In this document: positions 9,940 through 20,693 of the stretch, piece by piece
How the letters are laid out: each line of letters opens with the position of its first letter
How positions within the stretch are numbered: position 1 is the stretch's first letter
NCBI GenBank assembly: GCA_900128585.1
Contig: LT642188.1
Location: forward strand, 1 to 38,036
DNA: 38,036 nucleotides
Source of the DNA: Stramenopiles sp. TOSAG23-3
Lineage: Eukaryota
Reading direction: 5' to 3'
Position numbers and translations under genes: made by a program
Notes under the pieces: generated by a model
The model's input: only the letters and a program-made list of their open reading frames with translations
Database searches by the model: none
What the model was told of the DNA's origin: nothing

Positions 9940-10204
9940 TTTCCTTTCTTTCCTTCTTTCTTTCTCTTTCCTTCTTTCCTTCTCTTTCCTTCTTTCCTTC
10001 TTTCCTTCTCTTTCCTTCTCTTTCCTTCTCTTTCCTTCTCTTTCCTTCTCTTTCCTTCTCTTTCCTTCTCTTTCCTTCTTTCCTTCTTTCCTTCTCTTTC
10101 CTTCTCTTTCCTTCCTTCCTTCTCTTTCCTTCTCTTTCCTTCTCTTTCCTTCCTTCCTTCTCTTTCCTTCTTTCTTCCCTCTTCTTCTTCTTTTTCTTTT
10201 TTTT
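9940..10204 (+). repeat. About 265-nt polypyrimidine tract, largely (TTTCCTTCTC)n
   Basis: Essentially only C/T over this span. Confidence 0.95.
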
Positions 10205-10536
10205 ATTAAAGCAGTGCTATTCCTATATTACTGTATGATGATGATGTTTGCTTTTTTTTTATTATAATTATTATTATTATTGGATGGACGGACGGACAAG
10301 AAGAAGAAGAAGAATGGAAACAGAAGTAAAACAAAATAAGAGCTAGACGACCTATTAATACTAGTAAGTACAATTTATTTGTAACGACAGTAGATGTAAA
10401 TACACAATATACAGAAACAGCATATGTGACCATTCAAAGAAACATTCACACACATATTATCCCAGGAATAGTTTGTATACCATATATACATACATAATCC
10501 TTTGTCAATAAGTTCACCACCACCGCCGCCTTCACC

Positions 10537-11283
10537 ATGGCCGACAACATTGTCTTGCTGGACCCGCAGATTCGAAACTGGGTGCTTTACCCCATCTTTA
10601 TCATCACGTTGTTGGTCGGTTTAGGGCGGCACTACGTTACCCAGTTAGTAAAGAGCGAACACCCCGCGGAAGCCAAAAAGTTGAAGGCAATCAACATCCT
10701 GTCCCGCTCGGCGAGGTTGCGAACGAACGCTAGGTTCATCCCCCCCTTCGCCTTCAAAGTCAGGAAAGAATATTTGGCGGAAAAGAAAGTGGGCGCCCTG
10801 TCCATAAAGCAGGATGGGGCGCAGAACCCGATGATGAGCGGGAACTCGAACATGCAGATGGACATGATGAAAGGCCAGATGACCACCATGATCCCAAGCA
10901 TCCTCATGATGACCTTTGTCAACCATTTCTTCTCCGGGTACGTCATTTCGAAAGTCCCGTTCCCGCTGACCCCAAAGTTTAAAATGATGCTTCAGCAAGG
11001 CGTCCAGCTCAGCACGCTGGACTCCTCCTACGTCAGCTCCTTGTCCTGGTACTTTTTGGTCATGTTCGGGCTGAACGGCGTGTACAAACTGGTGCTAGGG
11101 GCAAACGCCAACTACCAGTCCATGCAGGCGGCCCAGATGCAAATGCAGATGGGAATGGTCGGCGGCGCCAACAACCCGCAGTTCGACGCACAGAAGGCCT
11201 TTCAGCAGGAAAAGCAGTCCGTTATCATCACCAAGCACAGCTGGCTGGCCGAGAAAATAGAGTTGGAGTATGCAGGCATGTAA
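10537..11283 (+). CDS. EMC3: ER membrane protein complex subunit 3
   Basis: LLDPQIRNWVLYPI, GLGRHYVTQL, FFSGYVISKVPFPLTPKFKMMLQQG, LDSSYVSSLSWYFLVMFGL and KAFQQEK are EMC3/TMEM111 hallmarks. Kozak-like context caccATGg. Confidence 0.97.
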   Translation: MADNIVLLDPQIRNWVLYPIFIITLLVGLGRHYVTQLVKSEHPAEAKKLKAINILSRSARLRTNARFIPPFAFKVRKEYLAEKKVGALSIKQDGAQNPMMSGNSNMQMDMMKGQMTTMIPSILMMTFVNHFFSGYVISKVPFPLTPKFKMMLQQGVQLSTLDSSYVSSLSWYFLVMFGLNGVYKLVLGANANYQSMQAAQMQMQMGMVGGANNPQFDAQKAFQQEKQSVIITKHSWLAEKIELEYAGM

Positions 11284-11759
11284 ATACGGCGGGGGAGAAC
11301 GGCCTGGCCGCCCCTGTTTTTGAAACAGCAAATATTAATCTTTAACACTTAAGAGGTGAGTGTAACTCGCGGGAGAGACGGTGTGCCGGTTCTCAGAAAA
11401 GCAAATATTTTATTTTTGTGACGATACTCACAGTAAAGATTTTTTTAAGAGATAATATTTTTTTAAAAAGACTCTAAAAATTAAAAACAAGAAAATTGGC
11501 TCTAAAAATTTAAAGTGTTTTCATTTTTTTGTGAACATTTATTCACATGATGTGCACGTAATGATACATAATCATGTGACAAAAAACTAATTAACTAATG
11601 GTGCGATATATTAATGAATTACATTTTTGCAAAGATATAAAACCACCGCCGCTTTTTTCCTCCATCCCCTTACTTTTTCACTTTTGAATCACTATGTTTA
11701 CACTTCTTGGATGGAAAAGGTTTAAACTCCAGGTGTGCTAGTGCTGTCATTCATTATTT

Positions 11760-12134
11760 TTAAGCAAAGCCCCCGTTCAGCAACTGGCATTTCGCCATGT
11801 ACTCCTGGAACTCTGTCTTGTATGCCGCTTCGTCCACAGTCTTCTGCTTCAAGGCCATCTCCACACCCTTTCTCAGTTTGTGGCATAGTTTGCCCCCAAA
11901 CCCAACCCCGCGGGTCCTGTCAAAGGGGTCCGCCTGGTACCCCTCCGTGCCGGGCATCTCATCTTTGGCAACCGGTCTTTCTTCCGTTTGAACATGAGGG
12001 TTTCGAGCGTAACGCGAGCCTCGCAGACTCTTCGTTTCCACTGAGTTCCCTACGTCAACAGCCAAGGACGCCCGTTGAACCAAAAAGAAACAAAACAAAA
12101 ATATATACACCCGTCCGCAACGGCAACGTCCCAT
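11760..12134 (-). CDS. Small secreted protein of unknown function (about 124 aa)
   Basis: ATG at 12134 (alternative 12149) gives MGRCRCGRVYIFLFCFFLVQRASLA (signal-like), then KSLRG, then a C-terminal helical region with two Cys. Coding-like GC content. Confidence 0.7.
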   Translation of the reverse strand: MGRCRCGRVYIFLFCFFLVQRASLAVDVGNSVETKSLRGSRYARNPHVQTEERPVAKDEMPGTEGYQADPFDRTRGVGFGGKLCHKLRKGVEMALKQKTVDEAAYKTEFQEYMAKCQLLNGGFA

Positions 12135-13233
12135 CGGCAACCCCAGCATACCGCCTACTCCTACAATGAAAATTAATATGCAAACCTCACCGAACGCTAT
12201 GGCAACTCGCCAACTAATCCCTTGCGAATTCGTTTCGTTCGTTTGAAACCCTGCGTTCTGCTGTTCCTTGAATTGAAATACGCAGCTTTCCCCCAGCCCT
12301 ATCAACTTGTACACGTACCGCTTGAACTAAAGAAAAAAAACTATAGAGAAACAATAACTTACATTATTATTTCTCGTTCGTTCGTTGTTTTCTCTGCTAT
12401 TATCTATATGCTGTGTTCTTGTTGTATTTGTATTATTATCATCACCGACCTCCCACCATATACCTTCTTCTTCTTTGTATTCCCCTACTGTATGCCCCCT
12501 TCCCTCAATCAAAGAAGACTAGTTTTTATTTTTTATTGAAGTTTTCTTCTTCTTCTCTCTCTTCTCTGTTCTTCTCTCTCTTTGTACCGTGCATCTTTTT
12601 TTTAGTACAAATATAAATAGATATATTTATTCATTAGAATACAATATAATATTAATATAACTTATATGTTGATTATTAAGGATAAATAATCTTATTGAAA
12701 TAAATAATTATATTTTATAAAATTATTTAGTATTATATTTTGTGTTTGTTTATTTAAATTAAAAATACAATTACCTTATTTTCCATTGCCACGCGTCAGG
12801 AGTATACTTTTTAATTACATACATAGACACAGGACAGAACCTTCATCTCAATTCCCCCCCTCCCTCTCATTTGTTTTTATTTAATTTTTTGATCGATTAT
12901 TTATTATTATTTAATTTTGATTATTGATTGGCCATTCATCTTTCTTCTTGCCAATATAATCATCATCTCACCACCACAGGAGGCACAGGAGGCTGTGGTG
13001 GTGGTGTGCTCATCATAAATAAAAAAATATACTAATAATAATAAAAAATGATGATGAATCATCACGGTTGGTTCGTCTTCATTTACTACTCCTCATACAG
13101 TCGTTCGATCAAATTGATTGTTGGATTTGCTGATTTTTCCGTATCATGTAGTGTTCATCGATCACAATTTCCAACCTGCTTCATAGCTATAAATAGTCAT
13201 TGATATTTTAAACCCTGCCGTTTTTCACGTAAA

Positions 13234-14079
13234 ATGAAAGTACAACGCACTGCCTTGATCTGCATAGCCTTTGCGGCGCTGTTTTTGTCCGGCCAAGTTT
13301 ACGCAGACGATGCGGACGCCGCGGAAGAGGACGAACTGGACCTGTCTGGGGAAGATATGTCTGTAACTGAAGAGGAGACTGTGGAATTGGACGAATCGTG
13401 GCTTCCAATCGATAATTTGGGCGCGGATTTGGCGTGCAGCGCTTGTGAACTAGTAGTGGACCGACTTACGGCGCAAATGCGCACGGCAGAGTACGCCGCC
13501 AAAGCCGCCGCGGAGAAGGAGGCATCAGAAAAGAAGAAGGACGAAGAAGAGGCCGCGAAGGAGGAGGACAAGTCCGACGAACAAGATGCCGAAGCGAAGG
13601 AGGAAAAAGACACCGACAAGAAGAAGAAGGACAAGAAGAAGAAGGACAAGAAAAAGAAAAATTCTGAAGTCAAAATCAACAAAAAGGTGGTCGCCGAGAC
13701 CGTCCTGCAGTACGCGTGCAACCGAACCAATTTTCTAGGGTTGAACGTTATCGGCTCGTACCCGGGGCGCCAGTACCAGATCGGCGGGAAGAGCCTTTCT
13801 ACCCCAGATTCTAAAAACATCGTTTTGGCTTGCCAGTACTTCCTAAAGGAAGAAGGAACGACCACGTACTTAGCAAAAACATTAGCGGGGAATGGAAAAA
13901 GTAAGATTAAGAAGATGAAGAGGAACGTGTGCGAACGCCGTGCCAAGGTTTGCAAAAGCGCCGCCTTGGGGTTTGAAGCAGAAAGTGCCTGCTTGATGAA
14001 ATCCATGCGTGCCTTTGACCGAGGCGATTACGAGAAAGCGAAGAAGCATGCTGGCGATTGTTCAGAAACGGAAGTATAA
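13234..14079 (+). CDS. Saposin B-like / Canopy (CNPY/Seele)-like secretory protein
   Basis: Signal peptide, acidic pro-region, and the saposin six-Cys pattern LACSACELVV...QYAC...LACQYFL...NVCERRAKVC with a charged insertion. Confidence 0.8.
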   Translation: MKVQRTALICIAFAALFLSGQVYADDADAAEEDELDLSGEDMSVTEEETVELDESWLPIDNLGADLACSACELVVDRLTAQMRTAEYAAKAAAEKEASEKKKDEEEAAKEEDKSDEQDAEAKEEKDTDKKKKDKKKKDKKKKNSEVKINKKVVAETVLQYACNRTNFLGLNVIGSYPGRQYQIGGKSLSTPDSKNIVLACQYFLKEEGTTTYLAKTLAGNGKSKIKKMKRNVCERRAKVCKSAALGFEAESACLMKSMRAFDRGDYEKAKKHAGDCSETEV

Positions 14080-14396
14080 CTTTTGCAGACGAAAGGAAGT
14101 GCACACCCTGTACATTTTCTTTTTTCCATTTACCTTATTAAAACAAACACTTATGAAAATTACTATAATACGGTATCATATATTAAAATGTAAGTTTATA
14201 TTCCCGTTCATCATTCATTCGCACGAATAATTTAAGCAGAGAGAGGAGAGGAGAGAGGAGAGATAAATAGATTATTAATGTTGTTGTTAAGATTAGGGCT
14301 TGTTGATCTGTCATCTGTACGAGGATACATCTGTGTCAGTCATCCTGTCTGTCATCCTGTCATCCTCCGTTAGACCGACTGTTTGTCATCTGGTCA

Positions 14397-14474
14397 TCCT
14401 CCTCTCTCTCTCTCTCTCTTTCTTTCTCTCTTTCTCTCTTTCTCTTTTTCTCTTTTTCTCTTTTTCTCTCTTTT
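14397..14474 (+). repeat. CT-rich microsatellite
   Basis: (CT)n and (CTTT)n tract. Confidence 0.9.
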
Positions 14475-15082
14475 ATATTACCTTTTTAAATCTATAATAA
14501 TAATAGTCGTCTCTCTTTCTATATTAATAAAATAGTAGTTTTTAGTAATAAATATAAATAAATACAAAATAAATACAAAAAACAAAATAGAACATTAGGA
14601 ATTCTTATCAATAATTGGAAAATAATATCAACACAGTATGGAATAAATAAGTCTAAATGGAATTAAAAAAGAACAGTAAGAAGAAGAAGAAGGAAGAGGA
14701 AGGGGAAGAATTAAATAATCTGAAATTCCAATACTGCTGTGGTGTTGATGTTTTAATTGTTTGAGCTGAGGGTGGTGTCGCATACCGCATGCCCATACAC
14801 TAGTAGTCATGGACGGACAGATGTACGAGCAGAGGAAAGGAAAGGAAGGGATCGATTGTTTGTAAGGAAATGGTTGATATGGAAGAAGTAACGGTGAAGA
14901 AGTTGAATCTATCCAACAGTAACCACAACGCCGTTCGTTGTATTCACCTTCCTCCGTTTACTTTTCTAGACTGAGACTACTGCCTTGCCTGCCTGCTAAT
15001 CCCGTACGTTGTGTGTGTCCTCGGTGTGCCAACGCTTTCGGACGACCAGCCGTAAAATACTTGCTTCGGTGGGAGAAATTTC

Positions 15083-17110
15083 ATGGCTGACCCTTCCTGC
15101 ATCGCGGCAACGAAAAGTGGAGGCTGCGACATCTATTCGCTTGCGCCAGAAATGTGCCAAACTTCCAGGGACCGGGTCACTTTGTTTGAAACCGCGACGC
15201 TGAGGTACCAAAACGTCGTCCGGGGTGCAAGGGCCTCGGGCGTCACGGAGATGGAGGCCAAGACCAGCGAAACGGCGTCGAAGAAGCGGAGACGGGGGCG
15301 ATCCTACTATAGAAAAAAACTCAACCATGACATGATATTTGAATCCGCGTTGAAAAAGTTGAGGACGGGGCTAGAACACACCGAACAGGTGCAGAAGTAC
15401 ACGCCAAACCCCTTGTCCAACCCAAACTCGAGAGCGAGCAGGACGGGAATGGCCCTTTTCCCGTGGGACACGATGCCGACAGCGGCGGACGTTGTTGGTG
15501 GCGGGCTTCCCCCGGATCGCGCGCCGAGAAAAAGGCAGCAACTGCTCAACCTGATGACCTTCGTCGTGCCGTTTATGTTCGATGGGTGCACGGTGGTCGA
15601 TTTTGCGTCCGGCTGCGGCCACCAATCGATCCCGTTGGCCCTTAAATTTCCCCGCTGCAAGTTCATTCTGATCGATATGAAAAAGAAAAGCATCGAGATT
15701 GCTGCCCGGCGGGCCAAAGAGTTGAACTTGAAGAATGTCACGTTCATTACTGGGAGAATAGAGAAGGAGACCAAGGCCCTTCAACGGTTCGATATCGGGA
15801 TTGCCCTTCACGCCTGCGGGGTCGTCTCTGACCTTATGCAAGAGATTTGTTTGCAGCAGAACGCCGTGTACATATCGTGCCCTTGCTGCGTGGGGAAAGT
15901 GGTGAACTGGCGGGAGAACGAGATGAAATACCCGAGAAGCCCGACCTTTAGGAAGATCTTGACCAACACGGAGTATGAGCAGTTGGCCAAAGCGGCGGAC
16001 TTCGGTCACAATGGCTACGATCAGGCCGGGAAAAGGGGGGCCAAAAAGAAGGAAGAAGAACTCGAGCACAGGGGCGCAACGAAGCGTGCCGAAAACCGGC
16101 GGCTGGCAAAGACGTACATTGAGCACGATAGAAACCTGTACGCGTCCACTCGCGTGCCTCGGTACAAGACGTGGCTCATGGTGTTGCACCCCGCCACATG
16201 CACCCCGAAGAACGACCTGTTGATAGGGTGCATCAAGGCGAAGGACATTAGGAAGTTTGAGATTTTTTTATCGCCTGGGGGCGAGGGGGGGGAAGAGTCC
16301 AAAAACGACTCCGTGGAGACCCCATCGCTCGGGAGGACCTTGTCGTCCGAGGACGTGGTGGACCTCGCCGAACGCGTAGTCTCTTGCCCGACGCTTTCCG
16401 AGGCGCTGCCGTTTGGGATGTTCTCTGTAAGCGATAGCGTGTGTGTTCATACCAGGGCTTCCTCTGCGTGTGACGAGGAGGAGCAGCTACTGTTTGCCGA
16501 TGAAATATGGGCCGGGAGTGTAGTCATGAGCGAGTACTTGAAGCGTCGGCCGGACATTTGCGCAGGCAAACACGTGCTGGAGCTTGGCGCAGGGGCTGCG
16601 CTACCGTCCCTCGTGTCCTTGGCCCTGGGTTGCGAGCGTGCGGTGATAACGGACTTTCCCAACGAAAGGGTGGTGTCGAACATAACGGCGGTCGTAAAGG
16701 AGAACGGTCACGAGCTGGAAAACAGGGCGTTTGTACGGACGCACAAATGGGGAGAGTCCATCACCGGATTAAAAGAGCTCAGCCCCGCCAAGAAAGGCTT
16801 CGACACCATCCTATGCGCGGAGCTTCTGTGGCGGGGCACCTACAAGCAGCACAAGGCCCTGCTGACCAGCATCTCGTCGGCTCTTTCAGACAAAGAAGAC
16901 AGCACCGTGCTTGTATCGTTTTGCCATCATACTACCAGTGATCACCCTCCAGAGAAGGACATTGAATTTTTTGCGTTGGCGGACACACAATTTGGTTTCA
17001 CAGTCGAAAAGATCGAAGACAAGGACGATTTAAGCGCATTTGATGCGGAGTCCGGCGGGTACGATTCCGAAAAGGTGCACATGTACTCCATGAAACGCAG
17101 CAAACGGTAA
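15083..17110 (+). CDS. Two-domain SAM-dependent methyltransferase: GSTCD-type domain plus EFM7/NNT1-type (Methyltransf_16) domain
   Basis: Domain 1: RKRQQLLNL, VVDFASGCGH, ALHACG..SD, CPCCVGK, YPRS, CTPKNDLLIG. Domain 2: IWAGSVVMSEYL, GKHVLELGAGAALPSLV, VITDFP, DTILCAELLW, FCHH. Confidence 0.88.
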   Translation: MADPSCIAATKSGGCDIYSLAPEMCQTSRDRVTLFETATLRYQNVVRGARASGVTEMEAKTSETASKKRRRGRSYYRKKLNHDMIFESALKKLRTGLEHTEQVQKYTPNPLSNPNSRASRTGMALFPWDTMPTAADVVGGGLPPDRAPRKRQQLLNLMTFVVPFMFDGCTVVDFASGCGHQSIPLALKFPRCKFILIDMKKKSIEIAARRAKELNLKNVTFITGRIEKETKALQRFDIGIALHACGVVSDLMQEICLQQNAVYISCPCCVGKVVNWRENEMKYPRSPTFRKILTNTEYEQLAKAADFGHNGYDQAGKRGAKKKEEELEHRGATKRAENRRLAKTYIEHDRNLYASTRVPRYKTWLMVLHPATCTPKNDLLIGCIKAKDIRKFEIFLSPGGEGGEESKNDSVETPSLGRTLSSEDVVDLAERVVSCPTLSEALPFGMFSVSDSVCVHTRASSACDEEEQLLFADEIWAGSVVMSEYLKRRPDICAGKHVLELGAGAALPSLVSLALGCERAVITDFPNERVVSNITAVVKENGHELENRAFVRTHKWGESITGLKELSPAKKGFDTILCAELLWRGTYKQHKALLTSISSALSDKEDSTVLVSFCHHTTSDHPPEKDIEFFALADTQFGFTVEKIEDKDDLSAFDAESGGYDSEKVHMYSMKRSKR

Positions 17111-17402
17111 GGAAAGGCGCACGGCGGTGTGGTCCAGCGGAAAGTTCTCTGTACAAAATGTGAAGCCAACTTTTGTTACTAAGAATAGATTTTTTTTCTC
17201 GACAGTGTAACACACTCTGTAAAAACATATTATGTTCTCTTTAAAATCTCACCGCGTTTAAAAAATTTGTGACATGCGGCACATTTTTTGCTTTCTTTCT
17301 CCACGGCAGCCAAGAACGGCGCGCGAAACATTTGTTCACATGTCAGTGTGTCCGAATCCTGGCTGGATTCTCTGACACACACGAACACACATCTCCTTCC
17401 TG

Positions 17403-18209
17403 CTAAGCGTTGGAATGCCAGCCTCCCAATGCCATGATGCCCCCATCAACCGTTAAGCTAGTGCCAGTAATGAAAGACGCGCGATCGCTCGCAAGAAACA
17501 GGACCGCATGGGCAACTTCGCAAGGCTTTCCGATCCGCTTCATTGGGTACGGAATGCCCGCATCTTCTACTTTTTTTCCCCTTGACATAATCAGGTTTCT
17601 CACGAGGGGTGTTTCAATTGTTCCAGGGCACACTGCATTCACGCGGATGTTCTGAGCGGCGTACTCGACCCCCATTTGACGGGTCAAACTCAGAATCGCG
17701 CCTTTCGTCGACGCGTACGCGGGAATTCCAGGCTGAGATTGGAGGCCTTGTACGGAGGCAATATTTATAATAGCGCCGCCGCTATCATTCTTCAGCATAT
17801 GAGGTATGCAGTGTTTGCTACACCTGTAGTAACTCTTTAGGTTGATGTCAAGCACTTTATCCCACACGTCCTCTTCGAGCTCATGGATGGGCGTGCCGTC
17901 GTCGAACTGAACGCCGACGTTGTTCACCAAGACGTCCACGCGTCCGAAGGTTTCAAAGGCGAGTCGAACCAGGTTTTCGCAGTCCTCCTTCTTGCCACAG
18001 TCAGTACGGATGAACACAAACGTACAGTCATCGTACTTGTTCATAAGATCTTCCTCCAATTCCGTTTCCACAATATCCCCACAGACGACAATAGCACCTT
18101 CGTCCTTGATAAATTGCTCGCATATTGCAGCTCCAATTCCGTTCGCCCCGCCCGTTACTATAACGACCCGATTCTTCACAGGTGGTCGTGAAGAGCCAAA
18201 ACTGGCCAT
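17403..18209 (-). CDS. Classical short-chain dehydrogenase/reductase (probably NAD(H)-dependent)
   Basis: TGGANGIG, NNVG, IASVQG, catalytic YASTK, IRVNAVCPG, ASFITG..LTVDGG. Asp after beta-2 (CGDI). First ATG at 18209. Confidence 0.95.
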   Translation of the reverse strand: MASFGSSRPPVKNRVVIVTGGANGIGAAICEQFIKDEGAIVVCGDIVETELEEDLMNKYDDCTFVFIRTDCGKKEDCENLVRLAFETFGRVDVLVNNVGVQFDDGTPIHELEEDVWDKVLDINLKSYYRCSKHCIPHMLKNDSGGAIINIASVQGLQSQPGIPAYASTKGAILSLTRQMGVEYAAQNIRVNAVCPGTIETPLVRNLIMSRGKKVEDAGIPYPMKRIGKPCEVAHAVLFLASDRASFITGTSLTVDGGIMALGGWHSNA

Positions 18210-18500
18210 TATTGACAATACCTTGCTCTTTGAACTATATGTATATAAATTAAAACTTTGTACAATTCAAAATTGCGAACAAACGAGCCGGGCGAAACAA
18301 TCTCTCTCCTTTTTTCTAATTTATGTAATAAATTGCATTGGGTAAATGGATGAGATCTTCTTATATACATACATTTATAAAGATTTGGCCATTGCTCCAA
18401 ATCAAAATTTTGTTCTTCTTCTTTTCAACACGGGTACCGGTACACTACACGTAACCGAACAAGAAGAGGAGGAAATGGAGGAGGGTGTTAAGGCAGGGTT

Positions 18501-18612
18501 AAGAAGAAGAAGAAGAAAGAAGAAGAAGAAGAAGAAAGAAGAAGAAGAAGAAGAAGAAGAAGAAGAAGAAGAAGAAGAAAAGAAGAAGAAGAAGAAGAAG
18601 AAGAAAGAAGAG
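18501..18612 (+). repeat. (GAA)n polypurine tract
   Basis: Read directly from the sequence. Confidence 0.95.
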
Positions 18613-19227
18613 CTAAAGATAATTGGAGTTTTGATAGGTGTATGTATTTAAATTGAATAAATACTACTAGACTACGAAGAAGAAGAGAAATCTAAATTTG
18701 GTATTTTTTTTTTTTCATTGGCCAATGGCACACAGTCGGCTAGTCTACATTTTTATTATACTTATTAATTATTATTATCATAGCGCATTTTCTCCATAAT
18801 AAAAAGGCCACGAATCACAGAGAGGAGGCAGGTCGATGGTCTGTACCCAAAAAAATAATATTTTAATTAACAGGTAAATAGCATATAAACTATTTATTTA
18901 TTGTTGAGAAGAAGAAGAAGAAGAAGAAGAAAAAAAAAAGAAGAAGATCTTCTTGTTTTTTAGATTGTTAAAGCAACCTATTAGAATGAATGAAATGAGA
19001 TTGAGAAAGAGAGTGTAGACGAGATCAAGTAAAACAACAGTTGATTTGGATGAAGTAAACTTATCGTTCTGAAATTTAAACGAAAACTACTTGATTCATA
19101 GATAACACTTTTTCGCGAGAGAGTGAGTGAGAGCGTGAGAGTGAGAGAAAGTTGTTTCAGGCTTTGTTCGCTGTATTGGGGGTTTTGAAGTGACTGGCGT
19201 GTGGCATAGTTAAAAATATATATAAAT

Positions 19228-20693
19228 ATGATTGGCATGAAACCTCTCTTTGTTTTGTCCGTTGCGGCACTATGCGTGCTCGCCGTTTTTGCGGGGAAGG
19301 CCCTGACCCCCGCGAAACTACGGTCGAAGGGTGACACGGCGTTCGTGTCGGGAAAACCGGACGGCGTCAAGAAAGCGCTGAGGCTGTACACCCAAGCGAT
19401 TGACATGGAGCCGGACAACCACGAAAACTACTACAAGCGCTACCGTGCGTGGTTGCGGCTGAAAAAGGACGACAAAGCCCTCCGAGATCTGACGAAGGCG
19501 GTCAAAGTCAACCCAAACTTTCAGCGTGGGCACCTGCACCGCGGGAAGATGCTGCGGAAAAAAGGGAAGTGCGAGGAGGCGGCGGAAGCCTTGGAGAAGG
19601 CGTTCGCCCTGAAGTCGACCTGTAAGACTACCAAGAAAGAGTATGATGCGGCGAAAGAGTGCGCCCAAGCGTTTTTCACACTGCGCAGGCTGAAGTCACA
19701 GGGGGACATAAAGGGGGCGCGCGACCAGATCGACAAGATCATGGAGACTGCGAAGGCAACCGACACGCTCCTGTACGAGCGCGCCTTGCTGAGCTTCGAG
19801 CTGAAGGACTATTTCGAGGTCCTGGCGGACAGTGGGCGGGCCTTAAAGATAAAGAAAAACAACATTGCGGCCCTGCAGTTGCGGGCGAACGCGTACTACA
19901 AACTTGCCGACCACGATATGGCAATGCGGCATCACCGCGAGGGGCTGAAGCTGGACCCAGAGCACAAGGAACTGAAGGCGCAGTACAAGAAGACGAAAAA
20001 GATCCACAAGGCGTTCTCGGCGGTGGACGTCCACGTGGACAAAGGGGAGTTCAACAAAGCCTTGAACCGCATCAAGTTCTGCAGCGCGGTCGACCCGGGC
20101 CACGACGAGTTCAACAAAAAGGCCCTCGCCAAAGAGTGCGAGCTCTATGTCAAGCATTTGAAGGAGTCTAACAATGCCCTGAAAGCGGCTGAGCGCGCGC
20201 TGGCCATTGACGACCGCTTTGGCCCAGCCCTGATGTGCCAAGCCAAGGCGCACGACCTTGCAGAAAACTTTGAAGAGGCGGTGCGCAGCTGGCAGCGGGC
20301 GTCCGAGGTTCTCGGCGAAGGGAATAACGAGGTGAACGACGGGTTCAACCGCGCCCAAGCAGCGCTGAAACAGTCGAAGGAGAAGAACTACTACAAGATC
20401 CTCGGCGTCTCGCGCAGCGCAGAGAAGAAGGAGATTAAAAAGGCGTACCGAAAGCTGGCCCTGAGGTGGCACCCAGACAAAGTGTCGGAGGAGGACAAGG
20501 AGAAGGCAACCCAGATGTTTGCGGACATCGGGGAGGCGTACGAAGTGTTGTCGGACGAGGAGAAGCGTGAAAAATACGACCGGGGGGAAGACGTCTTCGA
20601 GAACCAAGGCGGTGGCGGCCAACGGCGGAACCCGTTTGGCCAAGGCTTTCCGGGGGGGGGGGGAATACGTTTACCTTTAACTTTAGGCTGTAA
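19228..20693 (+). CDS. DNAJC3: DnaJ homolog subfamily C member 3 (P58IPK): signal peptide, TPRs, J domain
   Basis: TPR repeats and J domain KNYYKILGV...LRWHPDK...[20 protein letters not shown]. As written the ORF runs to 20766. The end given here assumes a 1-nt error in G12 (20652-20663), which restores [13 protein letters not shown]. Confidence 0.93.

Noticed and set aside
9900-10238. F/L/S/P-rich ORF (likewise 18346-18651, 22341-22865, 22658-22882, 23738-23950, 27397-27579)
   Set aside because: Translations of microsatellite tracts.
10537-20693. EMC3, Canopy-like and DNAJC3 as an ER-proteostasis gene cluster
   Set aside because: They are interspersed with unrelated genes, and three secretory-pathway genes within 10 kb is compatible with chance.
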